DNA of 63,727 nt, filler included, from Octopus bimaculoides (taxonomy: Eukaryota): the NCBI RefSeq assembly GCF_001194135.2. It is 7 parts of 5 records of this genome, joined end to end, with 100 filler letters (N's around TTAATTAATTAA, not from the genome) between each part and the next. Parts side by side here need not be neighbours in the genome. Positions count along the whole stretch, not along the records: positions 43,825 to 51,037 come from NW_026306861.1; positions 51,138 to 57,934 come from NC_069003.1; positions 58,035 to 63,727 come from NC_068984.1; 4 more parts are not named here. One strand, 5' to 3'. The position numbers and the translations under genes were made by a program. The notes beneath the pieces are model-generated. The model was not told where the DNA came from. It did no database searches and saw only the letters and a program-made list of their open reading frames with translations. Each line of letters starts with the position of its first letter. Position 1 is the first letter of the stretch. This document shows, piece after piece, positions 50,579 to 63,727 of the stretch.

Positions 50579-51037
50579 AGTCACCTTTTCGAAATTATCC
50601 CTAATTGTGGTTTGGAGTTTGACAGCTCCTTCTAGCAGGTTAGATTTCCTATTATGGACATCTCTTATGTGTTTAAATGTATACTGTATGTATTTATATG
50701 AATAATATATAGTTGAGAGCACTTGTCAAGCCGTAGTTGTGGGTCAGATAGCAGAAATTGGTACTGTGTCTAAGGTGTATAAGATTCGGAGGAGGACAAG
50801 CTCCTAGCCTCACATAGGATAGGGGCCAACATGTGTCACAAGTGTGTAGACAGACCCTGATGCTCATGAATCCAGTACCCCTGCCTAAAGGTTGAATTGG
50901 CCCTGTACTTCAAGAGTAAGCACGGAAAAGGAGGGGACTAGCAAAATAAACTACAAATAAACAAGCAGAAGGCTATAAGACCTCACTACTGCATTTTCAA
51001 CACCAGCCCCTCAACCGCCACCAAAAAAAAAAAAAAA

Positions 51038-51137
51038 NNNNNNNNNNNNNNNNNNNNNNNNNNNNNNNNNNNNNNNNNNNNTTAATTAATTAANNNNNNN
51101 NNNNNNNNNNNNNNNNNNNNNNNNNNNNNNNNNNNNN
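51038..51137. other. Artificial scaffold-join spacer 5
   Basis: 44N-TTAATTAATTAA-44N. Confidence 0.95.
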
Positions 51138-51322
51138 CATATATATGTACATATATACGATGGGCTTCTTTCAGTTTCTGTCTACGAAATCCACTCACAA
51201 GGCTTTGGTCGGCCCAAGGCTATAGTAGAAGACACTTGCCCATGGTGCCACGCAGTAGGACTGAACCCGGAACCATGTGGTTCGTAAGCAAGCTACTTAC
51301 CACACAGCTACTCCTACGCCTA
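51138..51322 (-). mobile_element. SINE family 1, 5' half
   Basis: Well-conserved head and core. Confidence 0.9.
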
Positions 51323-51344
51323 TGTGCTAACAATTCTACCATCT

Positions 51345-52270
51345 TGCCACCTCTACTTAATGGAATCAGGAAGCATCTGAGCAATTGAAAGAATAGACTT
51401 CGTTATTATCAAAGCTCTTCTCCAGGTAACAATTTCTAGTTATTGTGGATAATTTTTAGTTCAGAACTTTCCTTGCAGTTGTTTTGTTACTAGAAAGAGG
51501 GCATTGATTGTAGTCTGATCTGCTACAAGCTCAAACTGCATCTTAATCTCAGTTGATACTTCTTTTAATGAATTGTTCTATCACCTTTGCTGTTTCTTTC
51601 ATAATTTTATTCCATCAGCTTGATATCTCTGTAGTTGTTTCTACTTTGTGGCAACTGATGTTACTGTTACACCAGGCTTTGGCTATGATAATTCCTTGTA
51701 CCACCTGTCTGACTATGTGAATAATGTCAATGGCTACTCCAGCATTTATTTTCAGCATTTCATTCATTATCCATGATGGTCCAGCCACTTCCCTTGCATT
51801 CCTTTTATTCATCCACTTTCTCCCTCCACTGTTTCTAGGAGGGTTGCTAATGGTAAAGTCCTCAGGCACTTTCTCTATAGGGTTTTGCCAGAAGCAACCA
51901 TCATTACACTTTTTGGCTGGGTTCCCTGCACAACCAACTGAGACTATGGATACTATACAGTTATCTCATTCTTGGTCTACCTTTACCCCTGCATCTCCTG
52001 ACAGTTGTCTCAGCTTAAAGAATCTCTCCTACAATTCTTTTCTGTAGCATTTTAATCTCTGTTGTACTGGAGCTGTGACCTCTCGCAGTATACAAGTAGT
52101 TGCTTGACCTGGAGAGACTCCCTCGTCTCCAAGCTACAAACCCTGTCAAGTAATGTTCCTTCAGAAGAATCCCCGTTCCTTCACTGTGGCTTCTGCAGTC
52201 TACATCAACACCAGAATTTTATTCAGAGTTACGACTTTCCCATTCAGTATTTCCTTCATGCAAAATGGAA
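51345..52270 (-). mobile_element. Highly degenerate RTE-clade LINE RT region
   Basis: AGPSWIMNEMLK (cf. APGPSGITAEMLK), WCNSNI and TTINALFLVTKQLQGKF (cf. STTDAIFLVRQLQEKF). Confidence 0.75.
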
Positions 52271-53450
52271 TTCAGAGTGACTTTGCTCTTGTCACTTATG
52301 TTACTCTATTATGCTGCTAAGGGTACTCAGAATGTGGTGCTAGGAAGTGGGGCATGATTTATCCATCTATCAGTTTGTCTCTCTATTTATATATCAGTCT
52401 TAGAGTATATGCATATGTGCATGTGTGTATCTAGATATCATTTTTGTATGCATGTGTGTGTGTCTGTAAACATAAAATGTCAGGAAGTATGGGAGGTGAA
52501 TTACGGTTGTTTTGCAGTCTTTTTCATGTATTGGATTACTTTGTGGTCTGTTAGTTGAGTCTGCTAGAAGAGCTTTATGTGATAGCCACATGATTCTATG
52601 AATTTATATGTATTTATATCTATATTTTATCTCTTGTTTTTTTGTTTTTTTTTAAGAACTGGAGCAGTATTCAGAGGTGCTTTGTATCTGGAAAGTGGTT
52701 TTTAATTTAAACAAGCTGAACTTTAAATATTCAATAATAAAAAGATGTTCAGAAAATAAATTTCCTTGAAAACTTCAATTTATAAAAAATCTCACTTGCT
52801 TAGTAAATATTTCTTTCAGTAATTTATCGTAGTTGTTTGCAAATATCGAAATTAAAACTTGAAATGAAAACATTAAAATAGAGAGTGAGAAGTTTCACAA
52901 ATGAAAACGGAAAATTTCGCTGTTGCTATGTCAATATTGGAAGTTGACATTGAAGAACCTTTTTAAAGAAGTGAATTATAAATATAAAGCAATATTTTTT
53001 ATTTTTACTAAAAAACATTAACTGATGACCCTATTATGTATCCGAGTTCAAATTATTCATGCATTCCAAGTGTGGAACTAATTCGCACTGCTGTTTTCAT
53101 ANNNNNNNNNNNNNNNNNNNNNNNNNNNNNNNNNNNNNNNNNNNNNNNNNNNNNNNNNNNNNNNNNNNNNNNNNNNNNNNNNNNNNNNNNNNNNNNNNNN
53201 NNNNNNNNNNNNNNNNNNNNNNNNNNNNNNNNNNNNNNNNNNNNNNNNNNNNNNNNNNNNNNNNNNNNNNNNNNNNNNNNNNNNNNNNNNNNNNNNNNNN
53301 NNNNNNNNNNNNNNNNNNNNNNNNNNNNNNNNNNNNNNNNNNNNNNNNNNNNNNNNNTCTTGTGTTTTCACTCTTTCATGATATCATTTGCTCCTTTCTC
53401 AAATTATTTCCTTTTGGAAAGGCAACAAATAATAATAATAATAATAATAA

Positions 53451-53987
53451 ATGCCCGGATGCAGTACCAGGCAGTGGCTCTCATGACTTCTGATCTTAAT
53501 TGATTGGAAGTGTTATCATGTACATTGTCTAGTCTTGGTATAAGAGATGGGCTATAGCAAATATTGTGCTTAATACCACAGATTTGCTTGTCAGTTGTTT
53601 GACCTTAACCAGATGAGCATGTCCCTTGGCATCTCTGATCACGAGCAGAAGTAGTGGGTGGGGGAGCATCATAGCCATGTGTTGAGAGGAATTCTTTGGG
53701 GTTTGAATAATTCACCTTTGGAAACATAGGTGTTTTATTCAACATCCTTAAACAAACCTTATTCAGGGACCTTTTGAGTGGGATGGGCTACTCGACGTGA
53801 AGAAAATGCTAACTGGGCCCCACCTACAAGGTGTTTATCTTGATATAAGATCACTGTGTCACGTACATATGGTTGTGATGCATGTGCCTGGTGTACCCTT
53901 ATCAGACGGGTAGTCATGATGGGTATATTGGGCTTCGTATATTTGTACCCCAGTGTCACTTTGATGGCATGCACTGCTCTCTCACTC
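53451..53987 (+). mobile_element. Unclassified 537-bp non-coding interspersed element embedded in (AAT)n
   Basis: Complex sequence with (AAT)n runs on both sides (53428-53450 and 53988-54003), ending ctctctcactc(aat)n. Recalled as an abundant octopus repeat, not verified. Confidence 0.55.
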
Positions 53988-55195
53988 AATAATAATAATA
54001 ATAAGAAGAAGAAGAAATAAAAGTAGTGGCAATGATAGAGATATCATAAATGGGTTTTGTGAGTGGGTGTATATGGGAGAGAGAGGAGAAATGGAAGAAA
54101 ATTAGTTAGGGGTAAATGAGTAAAATAAGAATAAAAATAAAGTAAAGGTAATGATAGAGATATGTCAGTATTGCATGAGGCAGGGTGTGAGAGGTCAAAT
54201 GTTAAAGTTTCAGTCAAGTGGGGGTTACAAAGGACAATATTATAGTGGTTAGTACAGATATTTCAAACGGCTGCAAGATTTCAAAATTCACCTGACCCTA
54301 ATTAAATTATTCTAAATGCCTTCAGATACTCGTTCTGCTTTGGTTTTTTAAATTTTTCCTCTAATATAATATGATATGATATAATATAATATAATGTGAT
54401 GTAATATAATATATTTTATATCAGGGGCGAAGGGTCTATGTATGCGCTGCATGCCTTACTATTTTCCCACGATAAATAATTTTTTGTGTAATATAGAATT
54501 GATTATTGATAATTTTCACTAGATTCATTGTAGTCATATTTACTTTCATTTCGCATTCCTTCATTTCTTAGTACAAATTGTAAACAATCGATATCGTTTA
54601 ACAAGTGTAAGTAGTGAAAGCTCCTGTTTGCTTTGCGAGAAAAGAAAAGTTGTGAATTAATTGCTTTCCTGTTCTTTTGTGGAGAGAGCGTCAACAAGAA
54701 AGACAAAAGAAACGAGTGGTCAACAGAGAGAAAGGTGAATGTTTCTGCTTGCTTACAGTAAGAGCAATGGCATTTTATTATTCTCTTCGAGAATGGAGCG
54801 TCAAAAAGAAAGATAAAATAAACGGGTGAGTGATCAATAAAAAAAAAAGGCAAAGAAAAGCAAATTTTTTACTGTTTGCTTTCAGTCATCGTAAGTGCAG
54901 TGGTGTTAATTTTCTTTGAGAAAAGAGGGACAAAACCAAAAATGAGTGAGTGGTCAAGAAAGAGAAAGTAGATATTTTACTGCTTGCCTTCCGGCCGTGT
55001 TAAGCCAGCAGACGCGTTGTCAACTTTTTTCTCTCTCATGAAAGCATTACTGTTTTTACAGCAGAGGTCAAAAACTTGCCTTTTCAGAGGACTTTCCTGA
55101 CGCTTTCCTCATAGTCGGAGAGATTTCGACGAGAAATGCATCTTAGGTCAATTTGCAAGTTTGTACGGTTATTCGGTACCGAAAAGTACACATTT

Positions 55196-55505
55196 TATCT
55201 TTTATTTTCTGTTTCAGTCAGATTGTGGCCATGCTGGGGCACGACCTTAAATCATTTTTAGTCTTATGAATCTACCCCAGTACCTTTTTTAAAGCTAAGT
55301 TATGGGAATGTAAACACACCAACGCCGGTTGTCAAACGTTGGTGAAGGACAGACATACGCGCGCATGCGCAAACACGCACACACACATATATATGCAACG
55401 GGTTTTTTTCAGTTTCCCTGTACCAAGTCCACTTACAAGGTTTTAGTCGGCCCAAGGCTATAGTAGAAGACACTGGAACGATGTGGCTGGGAAGCAAGCT
55501 TCTTA
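55196..55505 (-). mobile_element. SINE family 1 with internal deletions
   Basis: Homology to family 1. Confidence 0.8.
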
Positions 55506-56699
55506 CAAAACACCCACACACTTGCTTTCTAAAAAGATTTAAACAATAGAGAGAATATTTTTGATCTCTTCTTAAGACCTGAATTCAGTCATGTGACCCC
55601 AGAGTTTTTTTGTTTTTTTTTTGACTATTTAAAAAACAAGAGCGAAATGAAGAAACCGGCAATTTGGGTGTGTGTGTGTGTGATTAAAAAGTAAAGTTTT
55701 CATCCATTGGTTCATGTCAACGCTTTAAAATCTATTTTTAAATATTTAAAGTTATTTAAGAAAGGTTACGTAAAAAAGTAAACCAGCACCTAAATTATGT
55801 ATTAACATAAAGCTTCGAGTCATATTGAAAGATTTNNNNNNNNNNNNNNNNNNNNNNNNNNNNNNNNNNNNNNNNNNNNNNNNNNNNNNNNNNNNNNNNN
55901 NNNNNNNNNNNNNNNNNNNNNNNNNNNNNNNNNNNNNNNNNNNNNNNNNNNNNNNNNNNNNNNNNNNNNNNNNNNNNNNNNNNNNNNNNNNNNNNNNNNN
56001 NNNNNNNNNNNNNNNNNNNNNNNNNNNNNNNNNNNNNNNNNNNNNNNNNNNNNNNNNNNNNNNNNNNNNNNNNNNNNNNNNNNNNNNNNNNNNNNNNNNN
56101 NNNNNNNNNNNNNNNNNNNNNNNNNNNNNNNNNNNNNNNNNNNNNNNNNNNNNNNNNNNNNNNNNNNNNNNNNNNNNNNNNNNNNNNNNNNNNNNNNNNN
56201 NNNNNNNNNNNNNNNNNNNAATATCACTTTCAAGCGATATCCAAAACAAAATCATTTAAATGTAAAGCTGTTACAAGAGAAGCTGTAAATTAAGCCAATG
56301 ATCGAAAAAACAGCATTTGTTGCTGTTATGTTTATAGGAAAGTTGGTTATACATCATTAGATGTATATCTGACTTTCCTATATAAAATTAAGAATATATA
56401 ACGGAACGCTGAACTCCAGACTCAACTTAAACAACATTTATTCAGGTGGTAAATATATACATCTTTAGCTCTTGTTTGTTGTTACAGCTTCTGTGTGTGT
56501 GAGCATTGTTGTTGGGACGTTTGGTATGTAGAAGATGTAAGCGAGCTGTCGAGCGTAAGTTCGAAAGATGGAGAGAAACAGCTAAACACGTAAAGAGACT
56601 CTCCAGAGTTGGAATGTTGGAGACACTGCTTGACACGTCCATGCTCATGGCCGGCCGACCGAGAAAGAGATAGAATAGAAGCGGGAACGCTTGCTTCTT

Positions 56700-56765
56700 G
56701 AATTCCACGCATGCGTGAGACTACGCATGCGCACGGCGTTACTACATGTTTGATGAGACTACAGA
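56700..56765. promoter_or_regulatory. Candidate housekeeping-type promoter (two NRF1-like GCATGC palindromes)
   Basis: ACGCATGCGT (56707-56716), TACGCATGCGCA (56722-56733) and two ACTACA half-sites in a CpG-enriched unique island. Confidence 0.4.
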
Positions 56766-57934
56766 CGTTCGAATGAAATCTTAACTGTCACACGTTTTGC
56801 GATTTGTTAATGAGAAGAAAAGGTTTCAGTAGGAGTATTTCCGTTTCAAAGTTTTTCACTGGTAATTAATAGACAAAAAGCACTTTTTATTCGATAGTAA
56901 TTTTTTTTTTAAAGGCTTCCAGATGATTTCTATAAAAAAAATCGGACAACTGCATGATTTTTGGTAGAATTTCAAGGAATTTTATCGATTTATTTTGAAT
57001 ATACTAGTTAAGCAGTAGTAGGTGTGGCACATGACCCCATGCGTGGTGGATTGGTGCGGAACTGAAGGTGCTGCTAATACTTAAAAAGGATTGCACAAAA
57101 AGAAAAAAAAAAGAAAATAATCACTTATTGAAACGTACTAATCAAATTTGACAGCGCTTATATCAAGGGACAATGTCAAAAATATTTTGCGCACTAATCA
57201 TAGGATTCCTGTATATATTTTGGAAATGTTTGTATGGACGTTTCTTGTGTCTTACTGCTTCAAAACGGTGCATCGTAGAGGAAAACAAAGCATATAATAC
57301 TACCCTTTCACTGAAAACGGAGGTGGGTGGAACACGCAGAAATCATCCCCCATCTCAGTGTGGGGGTTGGGGGTGGACTGCATGGTCAATATAAAGTCTG
57401 AGACCCGTTAACGAAAACAAAAAGATACCAGCCTGCTATGTGTTAAAAACTGTGTAGAAAACTAATATGAAAAAGAAAAGAAAAAAAAAAGAATTGCGGG
57501 TGAGAGGAGTTTCGGAAAATTCACAAGATCCGATTTTCTCCTCATAACTTTTACGAAAATGGATATGTATATTTGATAAATTTTTATAGAAATAGCGTTC
57601 AAATGGCACAAATTACGAATATAAGACATTTCTGGGGAAATTTTTTCCGAAGGGGTGGAGGGAGGACAGTCGGAAAGTGCACACGATCCGTTTTTCTTTT
57701 TTTTTTCTCTCATAACTATCAGGATCTAGTTAAGCGCCCGGTCACCAAAACGGTTCTATCCCCACCCCCGCGTTTTCAAAATTTTTAATTCCACCCCAAC
57801 CCCGAATTTTTTACTTTTAACTTTTTTCGAACTTCTATTTTCAGTCTACGTGGGAAAATACGAGGATTAATAATAAGGGGGAAGAAAAACATTTTAATTT
57901 CAAATTTTGGCACTGTCATGGTATTAGCTGTCAG

Positions 57935-58034
57935 NNNNNNNNNNNNNNNNNNNNNNNNNNNNNNNNNNNNNNNNNNNNTTAATTAATTAANNNNNNNNNN
58001 NNNNNNNNNNNNNNNNNNNNNNNNNNNNNNNNNN
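57935..58034. other. Artificial scaffold-join spacer 6
   Basis: 44N-TTAATTAATTAA-44N. Confidence 0.95.
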
Positions 58035-58075
<41 letters not shown>

Positions 58076-58193
58076 CTACATATCTACATATATATATAAG
58101 TACATATATATAATGTATGTATGTATGTATGTATGTATATATATACATATATACTCACATATATGCACACACAAAAGCTCTCAGACACACACG

Positions 58194-58227
<34 letters not shown>

Positions 58228-58375
58228 CTTGTACATGTGTGAGTGTCAGTATGTGTGTGTGTGCGCGTGTGTATACGTATATGTGTGTATACGTCTGTAT
58301 TCGTATATTTATGCTTCCATGCATGTAGGTATGTATGGTTATATTGGAATGCATCTGTCTATCTATCTATTTATC

Positions 58376-58419
<44 letters not shown>

Positions 58420-58465
58420 TATTTATATATANNNNNNNNNNNNNNNNNNNNNNNNNNNNNNNNNN

Positions 58466-58529
<64 letters not shown>

Positions 58530-58898
58530 GAGACCTCAGTAGAGGCGATGGTATCGGCCCAGACATCTAGCAGGAATTGTAACCGACTCAGATCAGATAT
58601 AAATTTTAATATGAGAGAATGAATGGTCATAAAAATGCAATTAATTTTCCATCGTTAAATAAATTCATCGAATGTGTTCGGTTTATGAGGTACCTATTGT
58701 CTGTTTGATTATGGTCTTTTAGGAGACAGCACCAACATTGCAATATTGCTGGTCAATACATTCATACCCTGCATATGTACATGAGTGTGTGTCTGCATAT
58801 GTGTATGTACATTGTGCGTGTGTGTGTGTCTCGCTCTCTTGCTATAAATATATATATATACATACTCATATGTATGTATGTATGTATATACATATGAG

Positions 58899-58952
<54 letters not shown>

Positions 58953-59888
58953 NNNNNNNNNNNNNNNNNNNNNNNNNNNNNNNNNNNNNNNNNNNNNNNN
59001 NNNNNNNNNNNNNNNNNNNNNNNNNNNNNNNNNNNNNNNNNNNNNNNNNNNNNNNNNNNNNNNNNNNNNNNNNNNNNNNNNNNNNNNNNNNNNNNNNNNN
59101 NNNNNNNNNNNNNNNNNNNNNNNNNNNNNNNNNNNNNNNNNNNNNNNNNNNNNNNNNNNNNNNNNNNNNNNNNNNNNNNNNNNNNNNNNNNNNNNNNNNN
59201 NNNNNNNNNNNNNNNNNNNNNNNNNNNNNNNNNNNNNNNNNNNNNNNNNNNNNNNNNNNNNNNNNNNNNNNNNNNNNNNNNNNNNNNNNNNNNNNNNNNN
59301 NNNNNNNNNNNNNNNNNNNNNNNNNNNNNNNNNNNNNNNNNNNNNNNNNNNNNNNNNNNNNNNNNNNNNNNNNNNNNNNNNNNNNNNNNNNNNNNNNNNN
59401 NNNNNNNNNNNNNNNNNNNNNNNNNNNNATATATATATATATATATATACATATTTTATATATCTTTAAGTCTTTATATATATCTTATGTGCGTATCTTT
59501 ATATAAATTTATATGTGCATGTGTGTGCATCATACGTATATGTGAGTATGTGTAGGTGTGTGTATATATGTATGTATGTATGTCAGAGTTTTTATCGATA
59601 CATATATGGCTGTATGTGGGGGGGAGGGTGATCGCGCGCTCGCGCGTTTAATAACAGCTTTGTTGCATTCCCCTCCAAGTGCAATTGTAATATTTGTGAA
59701 GGAATTCACCCGAAACCTCACATTGCCCGGACTGCCGCCAAATTGGTTCACTGTTGCAACGCAATAAATTCCTACACACACACACATACACACTCACACG
59801 CATATACATGCACACCTGCACGCACACATACACACATATATACATGCATATACACACACAAACACGCATACACACAAACATGCATACC

Positions 59889-59946
<58 letters not shown>

Positions 59947-60592
59947 TATATATATGATCGCAAAGTCTCATATATATTTTTTTTCTCCAATGTTTTCGAA
60001 CTTCCTGTCCTTCTCTCATTATTCTCTTTATTTCTTCCACAACCGGTCAGTTTCCTTCTTTAAAATATTGCGGACAATAATAACCACACACACACACACA
60101 CACACACGCGCGCAAGTGCACACAAATTGCTCCCCTCACACTCCACTAACCAGACCCTCGTAAAGATAACTGGTCTTGGCACTTTGTCTCTGCTACACTT
60201 AACATTATGCCACATACGCAATATTGACGTCTTTCAATGTCTTTATTTTCCTTCTCCTCTGGCGTCTCTCTTCCTTAACTAATGGTGTCTTTCTTTCTAT
60301 TTCTATTGAAGCAGCTGGCACTGAAATCGTTTTGTACTCTATACATTTATCTACAAACATCCCAGTATAGAAATAGACTTCATTTATAAACCCAGGGGCT
60401 GGTTAAGATTCTACACTCTGTGATATGTCTACTTGCTATGTTTGTTGTAACTGAGATAAATTTATAGGTGTTGGCCAGTGTGCACTTACCATATCCAACT
60501 TAATGGCACCAAAACCCGATAAAGTTTTAAGTCGTATTTTGGGTCCCCATAGCCTACACACGTAGGAAGATGTTATTGATGGTTTATGTAGA

Positions 60593-61520
60593 GGCGCAGG
60601 TGTAGCTGTGTGGTCCGAAGCTTGCTTCCCAATCACATGGTTCCTGGTTCAGTCCCACTGCATAGCACCACCAGCACCATGGGCAAGTGTCTACTACTCC
60701 AGCCGCCAGCCGATCAATGCTCGTCATATANNNNNNNNNNNNNNNNNNNNNNNNNNNNNNNNNNNNNNNNNNNNNNNNNNNNNNNNNNNNNNNNNNNNNN
60801 NNNNNNNNNNNNNNNNNNNNNNNNNNNNNNNNNNNNNNNNNNNNNNNNNNNNNNNNNNNNNNNNNNNNNNNNNNNNNNNNNNNNNNNNNNNNNNNNNNNN
60901 NNNNNNNNNNNNNNNNNNNNNNNNNNNNNNNNNNNNNNNNNNNNNNNNNNNNNNNNNNNNNNNNNNNNNNNNNNNNNNNNNNNNNNNNNNNNNNNNNNNN
61001 NNNNNNNNNNNNNNNNNNNNNNNNNNNNNNNNNNNNNNNNNNNNNNNNNNNNNNNNNNNNNNNNNNNNNNNNNNNNNNNNNNNNNNNNNNNNNNNNNNNN
61101 NNNNNNNNNNNNNNNNNNNNNNNNNNNNNNNNNNNNNNNNNNNNNNNNNNNNNNNNNNNNNNNNNNNNNNNNNNNNNNNNNNNNNNNNNNNNNNNNNNNN
61201 NNNNNNNNNNNNNNNNNNNNNNNNNNNNNNNNNNNNNNNNNNNNNNNNNNNNNNNNNNNNNNNNNNNNNNNNNNNNNNNNNNNNNNNNNNNNNNNNNNNN
61301 NNNNNNNNNNNNNNNNNNNNNNNNNNNNNNNNNNNNNNNNNNNNNNNNNNNNNNNNNNNNNNNNNNNNNNNNNNNNNNNNNNNNNNNNNNNNNNNNNNNN
61401 NNNNNNNNNNNNNNNNNNNNNNNNNNNNNNNNNNNNNNNNNNNNNNNNNNNNNNNNNNNNNNNNNNNNNATATATGCCTTGTGAGTGAATTTAGTAGGCA
61501 GAAACTAAAAAGAAAACGTG
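60593..61520 (+). mobile_element. SINE family 1 5' part spanning an N gap
   Basis: Head at 60593-60730. ccttgtgagtgaatttagtaggcagaaact resumes after the gap. Confidence 0.7.
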
Positions 61521-61974
61521 ATATATATATATATGTGTATATACTACTACTAATTCAATTATCCTTGTGGCACGTTTGAACGACTAAACAACCTATTAAT
61601 TGTGTTTTGTCTTGGAGAAGATTTCTGTAGACAAATTGGTGTAAATACGTCAAGATTAGTTCGCAGCCCCCATTTTCCAGACTGTGAGATGCAGCATTTC
61701 GGAGTAGTTACCTTGTCTTCGGTCACAGACACTGCGTGGGAGGGGGGAGGAGACACGGCGAACTGATGACAGACAGTGGTTCTCAAGTGCTATTTCAGTC
61801 ATCGCGTGATGACTGATAACTCTACGCGGCGGCACACCGTAAGTGCGAACTGGTATTGGTGTATTAACACCATTCTGTCAACAGCGAGAAATTTTCTCCA
61901 CGACAAAACACAGTGAAAGGCCTGTTTGTAAGTGCAAACTGGCACAAACAAATTGGAACTGGTAATAACATTGC

Positions 61975-62151
<177 letters not shown>

Positions 62152-62205
62152 TTGTATTTGAGATTAAACAAACCAACACTGCATGACAAGCGGTGTTGTT
62201 TTGTT

Positions 62206-62365
62206 TTCATCATCGTAATCTAGCGGTTCGGCAATAAAGACCTATAGAAAAAGGACCAAGCTTTAAAAATATACTGGGATCGATTCATTCGACTAAATCT
62301 CTTTCCAGGCGGTGCCCCAGCATGGCCGCAGTGTAATGACTGGAACAAGTAAAAGATAAAAGATA
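62206..62365 (+). mobile_element. SINE family 1, 3' part
   Basis: agcggttcggcaataaagacc...catggccgcagtgtaatgactggaacaagtaaaaga. Confidence 0.85.
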
Positions 62366-62404
62366 TCTAGAAGATTTTACCCAGATACTGTCTCAGCAGG
62401 AAGG

Positions 62405-62600
62405 CCCTTGGCTTAGTAGTTTGAGTGTTGCACTGACGATCGTAAGATTGTGGTTTCAATTCCCGGATCGGGTTGTGCATTGCATTCTTGAGCAAAAGGC
62501 ACATTGCTCCAGTCCACCCAGCTGTTAATGAGTTCCATCAATAGCTGCCGCTCCCCCAAAATTTCAGGCCTTGTGCCTAGAGTAGAAAAGAATAGCTGGG
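62405..62600 (+). mobile_element. Further tRNA-derived SINE (family 4 head with a family 2-like tail)
   Basis: tggcttagtagttt (A box), gtggtttcaattcc (B box), ttcttgagcaa core, ccccaaaatttcaggccttgtgcct tail. Confidence 0.6.
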
Positions 62601-63727
62601 AAGTTAACCCTGCGATGGACTGGTGTCACGATAATAAATAGTTTCTTAACTCGACAGCTGTTTCAGGAAGCTCGAAATTACGTAATGATCTATTTTGTTA
62701 AACTTTTCGATATTCGCAGACTCCATATTCGTCACCAGGTAAAGAAATCGAAATATCAGGAGTTTGTCAACAAGGCCCACGTCAAGGGATAGCATGCGGC
62801 CTCATACTCCATTGAAGAAGATAGATCTTGCACCCAGACAACTGGCGAAAGCCATCGAAGAAATAGGCACAACAGCTGAACCCAGCTCAAAATGGCAATG
62901 CTTGATAAGAGACCACAAGTGGAAACCTTCTGCGGGTGAAAAATTTACTCAGTTTTCGCTGCTCCACACAGGTGAACTGTACAGGCTAAGGAGCGAAACA
63001 CTTGCGACCCTGAGATACCGGCTGATGATACAGAAAGAATTCCATCATTGCAATGGATTTAAAAGAGTTTACAAAACCTCTGCACAGTTCATGCAGTTTC
63101 CGCATGAAGTAAAGTACCTCTGATGTTTATTTCACACACACATATACATACTTATATATACATATGTGTGTGAGAATGTGTCTGTCTGTATGTATGTATG
63201 CATGTAATCACATAATATATATATATGCACATGAATATAGATATGTGTGTAGTTATGCATGTATATGCAGGTTTATATACATACATAAATATATAAAAAG
63301 AAAGCAGTAGACATAACTGTAAACAAATAACAAATATACATGCGTAGATAACTGCAAATGCCTATATATGAATATGTTTATGTATAGATGTACGTGTGCG
63401 CGTCTGTACGAGCGTATGTATGTATGTATATATGTATGTATGTATGTATGTTTCTGTTTGCCAGAAACGTTTTATCTCCTCGAGTGGAACTTTTCCCATT
63501 CTACACAGACCATAGAATTTGTGAGCGCCTACATTCTATTAAGCTGTCCAACTAATGATAAAATAAATGCAAACGGTAAATCTAAAGAGAAGACCAGTTA
63601 AGGCAGTGACCTCAGACATTTTCTGAAAAAAAAATTTTATTAAAGATTTTTTATGCAATTTTGGCGGTAAAGGTAGGAGTGGTGGGGCGAGTACTGGCGG
63701 CGTGATTGAGACATGTGTAGGCGTATG

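Noticed and set aside
62764-63123. 119-aa ORF MSTRPTSRDSMRPH...
   Set aside because: TTG start, no splice support and no recognisable family. A faint resemblance to LINE C-termini (SKWQCLI) is too weak to call.

Overview
AT-rich, microsatellite-dense animal genomic DNA, about 12% N by hand count. The SINE and LINE families look like those of octopod cephalopods (Octopus-like); this is recognition from memory, not a database search. The window is not one locus: six artificial 100-bp spacers (44 N + TTAATTAATTAA + 44 N) join seven separate scaffold pieces. The only host gene I can support is three consecutive internal exons of mitochondrial acyl-CoA dehydrogenase 9 (ACAD9; + strand; 7494-7567, 10429-10504, 13093-13163) in the first piece. 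Most other identifiable sequence is transposon-derived: three or four tRNA-derived SINE families, RTE, CR1, Tx1/L1-like and R4/Dong-like LINE fragments, a fossil mariner, hAT and piggyBac-type MITEs, a Helentron-type element and a MULE derivative with target-site duplication (TSD). Nearly all ORFs in the supplied track are artefacts of microsatellites or N runs. The most interesting observations are: (1) a 202-bp insertion with a 16-bp TSD carrying a minimal hammerhead-ribozyme fold (retrozyme or Penelope-like) in an ACAD9 intron; (2) a near-identical inverted RTE pair bracketing two ACAD9 exons that would form a 150-nt stop-free circle if back-spliced; (3) a foldback-type MULE; (4) a perfect 184-bp palindrome.
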